64,000 nt of DNA, taken from NCBI GenBank assembly GCA_963666425.2, contig OY762825.2, positions 832,001 through 896,000 on the forward strand, read 5' to 3'. This document shows, one piece after another, positions 10,901-18,851 of this stretch; within the stretch, counting starts at the first letter, position 1; each line of letters starts with the position of its first letter. The position numbers and the translations under genes are program-made. The notes under the pieces were generated by a model. The model did not search any database, was not told the origin of the DNA, and saw only the letters and a list, made by a program, of their open reading frames with translations. This DNA is from Bacillota bacterium. Lineage in GTDB: Bacteria; Bacillota; JAAYKD01.

Positions 10901-11932
10901 AATTTCACCGGGGACGTTAAGTGTAAGCGTATTTATAGATGAGCCAGCAGTTAGAATCACGTGCTCTTCTGCATTAATTATGACATTATTAAATACACCT
11001 TCAAGGATGATATCATCACAATTGCTGCTGTCTCCGACTATTACAGTAGGAATTTCTATGCCGGCATCTGTAAAGACTCTAATACCATTACCAACTTTTT
11101 CGATGGTGATTGTACCTGTTACAGATGATCCGTTGATAATTTTTATAGAGTTTGGTCCGCCGCCATGTACAATTATATCCCCTGTCACCTTCACATTGTC
11201 GAGAGTGAATGTACCTTCCCCTACACCTGGAGCGATGAACAAAGTACCATTTATCATCATATCATGTAAAATCACATCTGAAGTATTAACCAAAACAAAA
11301 CCGGTAGCATCTTCAGAATAGGTTCCGGCAGTCGAGTAAAATGCTTTAATCAGGTTGTCGAACAGCATGACGATCTCGGCTCGTGTAATCGGATCGTTGG
11401 GATGTATTTTACCATCATCTCTGCCTATCATTATATTATTCGACTCAAGTGTGCCAACTGAAGACACGGCGTATGACGCAATGCTTGAAGCATCGACAGC
11501 TTTTATAATATACCCGCTGACAAGTTTGATATTAAAAGCTCGAACAATCATGGACGCTGCGTCTTGACGTGTGATATTACTAGTCGGCATTACATTACCA
11601 TCTCCAGTGCCAATGATAACACCAGCTGCATTCGCTCTCAGTACAGCATCTGTATAGTACGCAGAATCCAGATCTAAAAACTCTGTAGTTGAGATAATTT
11701 GATAATCCATCATGCGGTCAAGGATTACGGCAGTATCCGCACGGGTAATAAAATCATTTGGTCTGAATTCACCGTTATAACCACTAAGGATTCCGTTATC
11801 ACTCCACTTCGTTATAACTGATTCTGCCCAGTGATTTTTAGTATCTGCATATGCTGTTCTGCCTGTAGAAGCATACACCGTACCGGAGAAAAATAGAGCA
11901 ATGGTCAATATGAATGACAGCACTTTTTTCAT
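7946..11932 (-). CDS. SLH-domain cell-surface protein with Gly-rich linker and nine bacterial Ig-like (Big_3-type) repeats
   Basis: Signal peptide; three SLH motifs (FRPNDFITRAD, MPTSNITRQD, HPNDPITRAE); 82-aa repeats TLSSIAITTP..KTAYTVGDPLD.TGL. Confidence 0.9.
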   Translation of the reverse strand: MKKVLSFILTIALFFSGTVYASTGRTAYADTKNHWAESVITKWSDNGILSGYNGEFRPNDFITRADTAVILDRMMDYQIISTTEFLDLDSAYYTDAVLRANAAGVIIGTGDGNVMPTSNITRQDAASMIVRAFNIKLVSGYIIKAVDASSIASYAVSSVGTLESNNIMIGRDDGKIHPNDPITRAEIVMLFDNLIKAFYSTAGTYSEDATGFVLVNTSDVILHDMMINGTLFIAPGVGEGTFTLDNVKVTGDIIVHGGGPNSIKIINGSSVTGTITIEKVGNGIRVFTDAGIEIPTVIVGDSSNCDDIILEGVFNNVIINAEEHVILTAGSSINTLTLNVPGEITGTGIITRANLLPAAAGASFESAPTTTIAPKDMEVTIGGNLYLSNGTSLDLITGGGGVGGGGSGGGVGGGGSGGGVGGGGSGGGDGGGDVGGGGVVTPTLSSIAIITPAAKTAYTVGDPLDITGLVVTGTYSDSSTMVETITAGNISGFNSSAATASQTLTITVGGKTATYNISIAAAPVTLSSIAITTPATKTAYTVGDPLDLTGLVVTGTYSDSSTMVETITAGNISGFNSAAVAASQTLTITVGGKTATYNISIAAAPVTLSSIAITTPATKTAYTVGDPLDLTGLVVTGTYSDSSTMVETITAGNISGFNSAAVAASQTLTITVGGKTATYNISIAAAPVTLSSIAITTPAAKTAYTVGDPLDLTGLVITGTYSDSSTMVETITAGNISGFNSAAVAASQTLTITVGGKTATYNISVAAAPVTLSSIAITTPAAKTAYTVGDPLDITGLVVTGTYSDSSTMVETITAGNISGFNSSAATASQTLTITVGGKTATYNISIAAAPVTLSSIAITTPATKTAYTVGDPLDLTGLVVTGTYSDSSTMVETITAGNISGFNSAAVAASQTLTITVGGKTATYNISIAAAPVTLSSIAITTPATKTAYTVGDPLDLTGLVVTGTYSDSSTMVETITAGNISGFNSAAVAASQTLTITVGGKTATYNISVAAAPVTLSSIAITTPATKTAYTVGDPLDLTGLVVTGTYSDSSTMVETITAGNISGFNSAAVAASQTLTITIGGKTATYNISVAAAPVTLSSIAITTPAAKTAYTVGDPLDLTGLVITGTYSDSSTMAETITAGNISGFNSAAVAASQTLTITVGGKTATYNISVAAPVITGSLTLVGEVLGVKSYQIQITGAAPEDVTQVLVNSATKTFQIIGGVVRFNSPSTTVVASVQIVVLGQTINVPTGIITATATLVGVVFGIESYNVQVTGATPEDVTQVLVNNVSNPFEVIAGLVRVNSGTAVTSIKIVALGQTIEVQLP
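8398..10612 (-). repeat. Nine tandem near-identical 246-bp repeats
   Basis: GATACTGCTCAGTG recurs every 246 bp from ~8625 to ~10595. Confidence 0.95.
10618..10740 (-). repeat. Gly-rich linker with 27-bp tandem units (GGGVGGGGS)
   Basis: CCGCCAACACCGCCGCCACTGCCGCCA repeated. Confidence 0.85.
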
Positions 11933-11971
11933 TTTTGCTTACCTCGTTTCAATATTTCATATTAAAAACAA

Positions 11972-12033
11972 ATAATTGGGTAGATATCTTGCGACATCTA
12001 CCCAATTATCACGGTAATCAATATTTCCTGCAA
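11972..12033 (-). promoter_or_regulatory. Candidate promoter of the SLH operon overlapped by a 14-bp inverted repeat
   Basis: TTGCAG, 17 bp, GATAAT on the minus strand; ATAATTGGGTAGAT / ATCTACCCAATTAT arms. Confidence 0.5.
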
Positions 12034-12076
12034 TATGATTTTGTATGCTGTTCTCACGAAAAATGTATGTTTTTGT

Positions 12077-13171
12077 CTAGCTATACACTTTATTCCTGTA
12101 TTCGTTGATTGTCATGCCAGTTGATTTTTTAAAAAGCTTTTTAAAATATTCATCATCCTTATAACCAAGTCTTTCTGAAATTTCGATATATTTTATGCCG
12201 CTTAAAATTAGCACCTTTGCACGTTCTATTTTTACATCAGTTATGTATTTAACAAGATTCATACCCGTTTTTTCTTTAAAAATCTGACTTATATATGTTC
12301 TTGTGATGAAAAGCCTAGACGATATTTCATTGACTGTGATATCATTATCGATATTTTCCAATATCGTTTTACAAACCATTCTGACCATGCTGCTATTATC
12401 AATACCTAGCTCATATTGACGAATTATTGAAAGAATTGTATCGACTTTGCTCACGAAGGCTTCTTTCATCAGCGAAATATCATCAAGCATTGAAAAGTCG
12501 CTCACTTTAAGTTCCTGAATATTATAAAACTTGTCTATCCACGAGAACTCAGTATAAATCGACTCAATTAGTTTCTTAGTCGATCGGTTGAGAGCAAGGG
12601 CCGTTTTGATAACATCAAAATTGATTTCCGAGTAAGTGCGGTCAACTAAATATGAAGCTGCCTCCGAGGCTTCCTGGTTGCCTTCACTAACTAAGCGCAG
12701 AACATTATCCATTTCTTCCTTAGGAAAAAATTCCTCGGAGTTTTCATGGAGTATTTTATCAAGGTAAGTGATTTTTGATACTTCAAGGCGCCGCTCACCG
12801 ATATATTTTTCGGCACGCAGAAGAGTTTTCAAAAGCTCTTCTGCGTTGACGGGTTTAAGCAAATATTCAAAAGCACCATTGGATAAGCCCTGTCGTGCGT
12901 ACTCAAAGTCACTGAATTGACTCATTAATATAACACATAGAGCGAGCTTATCTTCTGTGACTTTTTTAAGTAGCTCTAGTCCGTTTACAAGTGGCATACG
13001 TATATCCGTCAAAAGAAGGTCAACCGGGTTTTGATGTAGCTTTTGAAGAGCCTCTCGTCCGTTTGTAGCCTCTTCGACGATGACAAAGCCTGATGTCGCT
13101 CCCCATACCTTCATTGATCTGATTTCATTCCGGTAAACTTCGTAATCATCGACAATCATTGCATTGTACAT
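12077..13171 (-). CDS. Response regulator, REC plus AraC HTH (YesN-like)
   Basis: IVDD, LLTDIRMP and YLLKP receiver motifs; C-terminal YISQIFKEKTG...LGYKDDEYFKKLFKK. Confidence 0.92.
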   Translation of the reverse strand: MYNAMIVDDYEVYRNEIRSMKVWGATSGFVIVEEATNGREALQKLHQNPVDLLLTDIRMPLVNGLELLKKVTEDKLALCVILMSQFSDFEYARQGLSNGAFEYLLKPVNAEELLKTLLRAEKYIGERRLEVSKITYLDKILHENSEEFFPKEEMDNVLRLVSEGNQEASEAASYLVDRTYSEINFDVIKTALALNRSTKKLIESIYTEFSWIDKFYNIQELKVSDFSMLDDISLMKEAFVSKVDTILSIIRQYELGIDNSSMVRMVCKTILENIDNDITVNEISSRLFITRTYISQIFKEKTGMNLVKYITDVKIERAKVLILSGIKYIEISERLGYKDDEYFKKLFKKSTGMTINEYRNKVYS

Positions 13172-16100
13172 TCAGTTTACCTCGTCAGAAGCAACCGGTA
13201 TCGTGAAATATACGGTTGTTCCGGCATTTGGCCTTCCGCTTATCCATGTCCGGCCGTTATGTTTTGCAATAATATTCCTGACTGCAGCTAAGCCAATGCC
13301 TTGACCTTCATATTCGTCAGTATTGTGAAGTCTTTCGAACGCACTAAAAAGCTTGCCTGCATATTCCATATCGATGCCTATACCATTATCTTTAATGCTG
13401 ATAACATACTCATTATTTTCCCTGCTACACCCAACAATAATTTTTGAAATTTCTCGATTAGTCGAAAACTTTAGCGCATTGGAAATGAGATTTGTTATGA
13501 CGTGATGAATCAAGGTTTTATCGGCAAAAATTTTGGGGATTCCGGTCTGAAAATCAAGAACTGAATTCACATACTTTTGTTTTTCATAAACGTCAATGAT
13601 CATTTTCTTAAGATCAATTGTTTCTTTTCTCAGCTCGATTCCAGTGAGCCTTTCATACTCCAACAGCTCTGAAATCATCTTGTTCATACCAGCACATAAA
13701 TCGATTATTTTCGCTGAATTCGTTGCAATATCAATATTTTCTTGGATCTGTTTGGAATACTTATTTATTTCCTGTAGCGGCATTTTAAGGTCATGGGTCA
13801 CAGTTAGTGAGAAGTTTTGAAGGGTTTTTATTGATTGATGTAACTCTTCGGTTCGTTCATTAACACGGGTTTCAAGAGAGGTGTTCAGTTTTATTATCTC
13901 TTGCTCAGCATTGATGCGTTCTGTGATATCTCTGCCAAACATCGTAATCTCTATCAGCTGAGAATCGATATAGACAGGATGGAATGAATAGGAAAAAACC
14001 CTATTATCCCGCGATATGCGGATGTCAACATGAAGTTCTCCTTCGGTTTTCACACGATCAAGCAACTCTATAAAGATGGAGAAAGTTTCTTCTGGAAAAG
14101 CTTCTTCGAGACTTAAGCCGGATTTAATTTCCATGCCATAAAATCCGCTGATAAAATCATTAACTGATTTATTCCAAAGAATTATTTTATAATCAGGATC
14201 AACTGACCATATAAAATCATCTGTACTGTTGATGATGTTTATAAGCTCCATTGTCCCTTTTTTAATTTCATTCTCAGCTTTAATCATTTCGGTAACATCA
14301 CGATTTGTTTCAAGAACTGTGTTAAGCCCCAGTTCATTGATTATGATCTGCTGTCGTGACTCTATGCAAAGCAATCGACCATCCTTTGTAGTATGGTCGA
14401 CAAGACCCTTCCATGAGCCATGTTCCAATAAAAGCGAACTGAGTTCCTTAAAATCAATCGGGTATCGAGAATTGAGTAATTTGTAAGGTAAACAACCAAC
14501 AGCAGCATCATCTTTATAGCCATAAATGTTTTCAGCGCCTTGATTCCAATAGATAATCGGACCATCCATGTAATATGCAAATATCGCTTCATTAGATAGA
14601 TCCAAAAGCTTTGCCTGCCGGTTTAGTATTTTATTCTGCTGTTGAAGCTGAACAATATGGTCTTCAATAGCATGTTGGGTTTTCATAAGCTCCGTGATAT
14701 CGTGATAAGATACAACTAATGCCATAAGTTTATTTTGGTCATCGAAGATAGGTATAGCTGTAACTTCAACGATTCTGCTCCATTTGCCGCGTTCAATAAT
14801 GATTCGTTCATTGCGGACTGACTCGCCCCTGAAAGCACGCCGTGTCGGGAAATCATCAAACGACTTAACATTTCGTTCGAGGTCAAGACAGCGATATCCC
14901 TCAAAAATACTGTGTACTGATGTTTGGCTGGTTATATGATCCGGAAACATTGACCGGGCTTGAACGTTTACAGATGTTATATTGCCGTCACAATCATATA
15001 CCAAAAGAGCATCATGCATATTTTCAATGATAGCATACTGAAGCTTGTTTTGATATCGAATTTCTGCTTCCATTTTATTGCGTTGCGTGATATCTCGACA
15101 TAATTCAAGCACGATTTTATTACCATCTTCATCGATGTACATTTGCTTTGCTGTTTCAATACAGAGCAGTCTGCCATCTTTTGTTGTATGTATGATTTCC
15201 CCGATCCATTTTTCGTTATTTTCCAACAGGTACAGTGTTTCCTCCATGCCGATGGGACGTGTTGTCTGAAGAAGCACATCGTTTAATTGACCGATTGCTT
15301 CTTCAGCCAGATACCCGTACATGAGCTCGGCGCCTTTGTTCCAGTAAAAAATAGTACCATTCAAGTCCCAAGCAAAAATCGCTTCATGGGAAAGGTTCAG
15401 AAGCCTTGACTGCCTGTTTAAAATTTTATATTGTTGATTAAGCAACCCTAAATGCTCTTTGATGGTTAAGCCATCAGCGATTGTTTGATGAGATAAAGAA
15501 CTGTTCTGTTCAAATAGCAGAAGCTCGGTCTGCTTTATTTCTCTGAAAATCAGGTCGTATGGTTCTCGAATACCCGTTTGGACGATAGCTTTGTAAATAA
15601 AGAAAAAAGAGAATATTTTAAAATAATGCCCAAACAAATTTGTTAATCCGTAATTATTGATATATGTTGTAAAACAAGCCTCTGATGCTATCGTAAGAAG
15701 GATGGATAAAAGTAAGAATTTATAGACTTTACTTTCGAATGAATCTTTATTTTTATGTAGTACAAAAATTGTAGCTAAAAGAATTGTAATAATGATATAT
15801 TCACTGATAATTTTGAACTGAGTTTGTCCTACTCCGTCAATAAACGCGATGGGAAAATTATGCCATACAAAAACAGAAAGAAGAATTAACGTAGTGAAAA
15901 TAGTATAAACGGTAAATAAAAGATAAATATTCACTTTTTTAGTCGACTTTATAAGTATGAAGGAAAATAAAAGTATAATACTTTCAAAATATCTGGCTGC
16001 AATCCATAATTGGTTCGCGTGATAACTAGAATCCAGAAAAATTGTCATACCCTCATATGCTGCAGTATGGAATAAATCCAGGCAACCAATAAATAAATAC

Positions 16101-16303
16101 GCGAATCCTATCATTAATAAATAGTTATTTTTTAAAACGCTTGCCGAATTCCACGTTATAATAAAAACAGTAATGGCAATACATATGCTGAAAACTTCTG
16201 CAAACATATGGAACAAAAGATAATTGTAAAGACTACTATAATATAATAGAATTAATATGGCAACAGCAATAATAATACTACTACTTTTCTTAATATAACT
16301 CAT
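13172..16303 (-). CDS. Sensor histidine kinase: MASE3 membrane domain, about four PAS domains, HisKA/HATPase
   Basis: YNYLLFHMFAE...QLWIAARYFES (MASE3-like); PAS YWNKGAE/YWNQGAE; HDLKMPL, NLISNALKF, DNGIG, GQGIGL; AGGAGAAGG RBS supports a start at 16303 rather than 16483. Confidence 0.9.
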   Translation of the reverse strand: MSYIKKSSSIIIAVAILILLYYSSLYNYLLFHMFAEVFSICIAITVFIITWNSASVLKNNYLLMIGFAYLFIGCLDLFHTAAYEGMTIFLDSSYHANQLWIAARYFESIILLFSFILIKSTKKVNIYLLFTVYTIFTTLILLSVFVWHNFPIAFIDGVGQTQFKIISEYIIITILLATIFVLHKNKDSFESKVYKFLLLSILLTIASEACFTTYINNYGLTNLFGHYFKIFSFFFIYKAIVQTGIREPYDLIFREIKQTELLLFEQNSSLSHQTIADGLTIKEHLGLLNQQYKILNRQSRLLNLSHEAIFAWDLNGTIFYWNKGAELMYGYLAEEAIGQLNDVLLQTTRPIGMEETLYLLENNEKWIGEIIHTTKDGRLLCIETAKQMYIDEDGNKIVLELCRDITQRNKMEAEIRYQNKLQYAIIENMHDALLVYDCDGNITSVNVQARSMFPDHITSQTSVHSIFEGYRCLDLERNVKSFDDFPTRRAFRGESVRNERIIIERGKWSRIVEVTAIPIFDDQNKLMALVVSYHDITELMKTQHAIEDHIVQLQQQNKILNRQAKLLDLSNEAIFAYYMDGPIIYWNQGAENIYGYKDDAAVGCLPYKLLNSRYPIDFKELSSLLLEHGSWKGLVDHTTKDGRLLCIESRQQIIINELGLNTVLETNRDVTEMIKAENEIKKGTMELINIINSTDDFIWSVDPDYKIILWNKSVNDFISGFYGMEIKSGLSLEEAFPEETFSIFIELLDRVKTEGELHVDIRISRDNRVFSYSFHPVYIDSQLIEITMFGRDITERINAEQEIIKLNTSLETRVNERTEELHQSIKTLQNFSLTVTHDLKMPLQEINKYSKQIQENIDIATNSAKIIDLCAGMNKMISELLEYERLTGIELRKETIDLKKMIIDVYEKQKYVNSVLDFQTGIPKIFADKTLIHHVITNLISNALKFSTNREISKIIVGCSRENNEYVISIKDNGIGIDMEYAGKLFSAFERLHNTDEYEGQGIGLAAVRNIIAKHNGRTWISGRPNAGTTVYFTIPVASDEVN

Positions 16304-16440
16304 ATCTACCTTCTCCTGTTCATCTGATAAACCGAATATTCTGGCCACTCCCATGCTTGTTCGCACAGAAGTTTTTGAGTAATCCGGAGTAAAATTCCTA
16401 CGGGGGTGCGGATGTTTTCTTGCACCTTTTTGCCCGGAAT

Positions 16441-16633
16441 CTACTCCACAATATCGCTGAAGTCGGTATTCAGTACTCGACATATTCTTTCGACCGTTGT
16501 GAGCGTAATGGGCTCATCCCGACACATCTTTGTGAGTGTCTGTGGACACTTCTCTACAGCCTTGCGAAGATCGGACTTAGTCATCTTTTCTATCAATCAG
16601 GAGCTTCTATAGTCTGTTATATGAAATAGCCTT
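16441..16633 (-). pseudogene. Cro/CI-type small HTH regulator pseudogene
   Basis: Manual translation (K)AISYNRL*KLLIDRK / MTKSDLRKAV...TKM..DEPITLTTVERICRVLNTDFSDIVE*: lost start, in-frame TAG where Trp is expected, and one frameshift. Confidence 0.75.
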
Positions 16634-17001
16634 ATGGTTACTTCCCATATAATCAGATATTTTATTATACTACAAATTATCTGTATTTTCAACGTAACTT
16701 CACACATTTATGCGAATGCCTAACCCCTCATTCGTATGAGGATGATATGTTATAAAGGCTCGGTTTGCAAGACACACAAAAAGTATTTCTTAATGAACCA
16801 TATAATGGTAAATCATAACCTTGTTTGCTCGTGATTATTTATAGTCTCAATTGCGTAGCCGCCGGTAGGATAACCTTGAGGCTGCTACAGTGTAAATGAT
16901 ACAATAATTTAAGCGGGCAAGAGAAACCATCCATCATAACCCCGTCTCGCCCGCAAGAAAGCCGAAACATTTACACTGGCAGGGTCAAGGTCGGCGGTGG
17001 A

Positions 17002-17898
17002 TCAGGCGCTCTTTTTCAATAGGACTGGCTGGTAAACTTTTGCAGGAGCTTGGTAGTCCAAGGCGGAGTGCAAGCGCTCGTAATTGTAGGTATAGATAAA
17101 AGCAGCTATTTGTTGCCTGGCTTCTTTTATGTTGAGATACTCTTTCAGATAAACCTCTTCATACTTCAGCGTGCGGAACCAACGTTCTATTAAAATATTG
17201 TCTGCCCAGCGGCCTTTACCATCCATGCTGATCTGAATCTGGTTGGCTTTTAGAAAGTCGGTGTAATCATGACTGGTAAATTGGCTGCCTTGATCCGAGT
17301 TCAATACCTTCGGTTTCCCCATGGCCAGGGCTTTCTCTACTGCACGTAAAACCATTGGTGTTGCTAAGGTATCATCTAGTTCCCAGCCCACAATACAACG
17401 ACTGTGCCAGTCAATGATTGCAGTCAAGTAAATAAAGCCATGCTTCAAGCGTATATAGGTGATATCAATAGACCAAGCTTGATTGATTCGATTTATCTGC
17501 GCGTTTTTCAGTAAATAGGGGTAAATTTCGTGACCCTTTACGGGTTTTGAGAGATCCGGCTTGGGGTAAATCACTCGAATTCCTATTTCTTCCATGTAGC
17601 GTCTGGTTTTGAGCCGGCCAACCAGTAAGTTACGATCTTTTAATTGTTTGGATAGCTGACGGGAACCCCATGTTGGATTCTTGGTATGGATCTCATCGAT
17701 GATCCGTTTCGCTTGCAGTTCTATTTCGCTTGGTCTGGCAGATATCCAATAGATTGAGGTCCGATTGACCTCAAGCAACTGGGCCATTGTCTGGATCGTC
17801 AGGTTCCCTTTTCCAGACTCAGCTTTTTGGGCGCGGAGTAAATTGACTTTCCCATTCAGGTCCAAGCAGCTGTTCAGATTTTTTTTTGAGCCAGTCAA
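17002..17898 (-). CDS. IS3 transposase OrfB (DDE integrase core)
   Basis: WSIDITYI, NSDQGSQF, DNILIERWFRTLKYE. Confidence 0.92.
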   Translation of the reverse strand: MTGSKKNLNSCLDLNGKVNLLRAQKAESGKGNLTIQTMAQLLEVNRTSIYWISARPSEIELQAKRIIDEIHTKNPTWGSRQLSKQLKDRNLLVGRLKTRRYMEEIGIRVIYPKPDLSKPVKGHEIYPYLLKNAQINRINQAWSIDITYIRLKHGFIYLTAIIDWHSRCIVGWELDDTLATPMVLRAVEKALAMGKPKVLNSDQGSQFTSHDYTDFLKANQIQISMDGKGRWADNILIERWFRTLKYEEVYLKEYLNIKEARQQIAAFIYTYNYERLHSALDYQAPAKVYQPVLLKKSA

Positions 17899-18157
17899 CC
17901 TGTGTGGTTAGCTGACCGATCTTCTTGTATAGCTCTTCTGTCTCCTGATGCTTGCTTTGTAATTCGCATCTAAGTTCTTCGGTCCGTTTATCTTCAAATG
18001 CAGCCGTTGCGTTTTTTAGAAACTCTGCTTTCCAATTGCGTATTTGGTTCGGGGCGAGCTCGTTTTCAGTGGCGATGATATTCAGTTCTTTTTCACCACG
18101 GAGCACTTCCAAGATGATCTTTGTCTTATACTCGGCACTAAAGGTTCTTCTCTTCAT
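17819..18157 (-). CDS. IS3 transposase OrfA (HTH)
   Basis: RRTFSAEYKTKIILEVL...QIRNWK...IGQLTTQVDWLKKK. Confidence 0.92.
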   Translation of the reverse strand: MKRRTFSAEYKTKIILEVLRGEKELNIIATENELAPNQIRNWKAEFLKNATAAFEDKRTEELRCELQSKHQETEELYKKIGQLTTQVDWLKKKSEQLLGPEWESQFTPRPKS

Positions 18158-18567
18158 CTCTTCGACCTGCTTTCTTTCTTTGTATTCATTATAGCAGGTT
18201 CATCATCTTCATGCTCTCTTTTTGTCGAGTTTTCCTAGACCATTATACTTGATGATACGTTGAGCTTTGTGTTTAGGAATGGTAGTGAGGTAATTAGCTG
18301 AATACAGTTTGGTTTACCCGAATCGGATTTTGTGCATTTACAAAATTCGTATCAATATCATAAAACATATCATTATCATTATTTGAATCAAATTGTCTTT
18401 TTACGAGGTTGGCCAAATTGCGATTTGTGCTATATATCACAAATCCTTATTAATTCAATTGTGAAAGTAGAATAAAAACGTTAAAAAGGAAAACAAATCC
18501 TTGAATATTCGGAAATTTCACATGTGTATAATATGAATTTAATTGCACAATGTAGAAAAAATTAATA

Positions 18568-18596
18568 TTGACTATTTAGATTAAATTATGTATAAT
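18568..18596 (+). promoter_or_regulatory. Near-consensus sigma-A promoter of the RiPP locus
   Basis: TTGACT, 17 bp, TATAAT. Confidence 0.75.
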
Positions 18597-18609
18597 TTTA
18601 CCGAATTTA

Positions 18610-18784
18610 TGGGAAATATTACAATATGAGCGGACTGGAACTTTTCTATCAAGCATTTGCTTGGTATTGCAAATGCCTTTCTGGTGCTTAACATTTTAAT
18701 CTCTCTGTGTTTGGCATGAGCAAGGCGGTCGAAGTTTCGTTTATCCGCTCGGAAGGTTAATTCAATAATTCCCTAAGTTTTTTT
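18610..18784 (+). ncRNA. Candidate structured leader or sRNA
   Basis: Nested pairings GGGAAATATT/AATAATTCCC, GAGCGGA/TCCGCTC, GGAACTT/AAGTTTC, GCATTTGC/GCAAATGC, followed by a T7 run. Confidence 0.4.
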
Positions 18785-18851
18785 GTTAGTCTGAATTTTT
18801 TTCGCGGATTAAAACAAGGGAAAATATGCATAGTTATGACTAAAAAGAGGG

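Larger units (their letters stand above)
16751..18247 (-). mobile_element. IS3-family insertion sequence, apparently intact
   Basis: orfA/orfB overlap at an A9 slippery site (17879-17887); imperfect terminal IRs TATAAAGG...AGACA and TATAATGG...CGACA. Confidence 0.9.

Noticed and set aside
10581-11321. Proline-rich + strand ORF
   Set aside because: Antisense of the Gly-rich linker in the SLH protein
16304-16483. N-terminal extension of the kinase ORF, or a riboswitch
   Set aside because: A strong RBS precedes 16303, and the upstream part overlaps an HTH pseudogene
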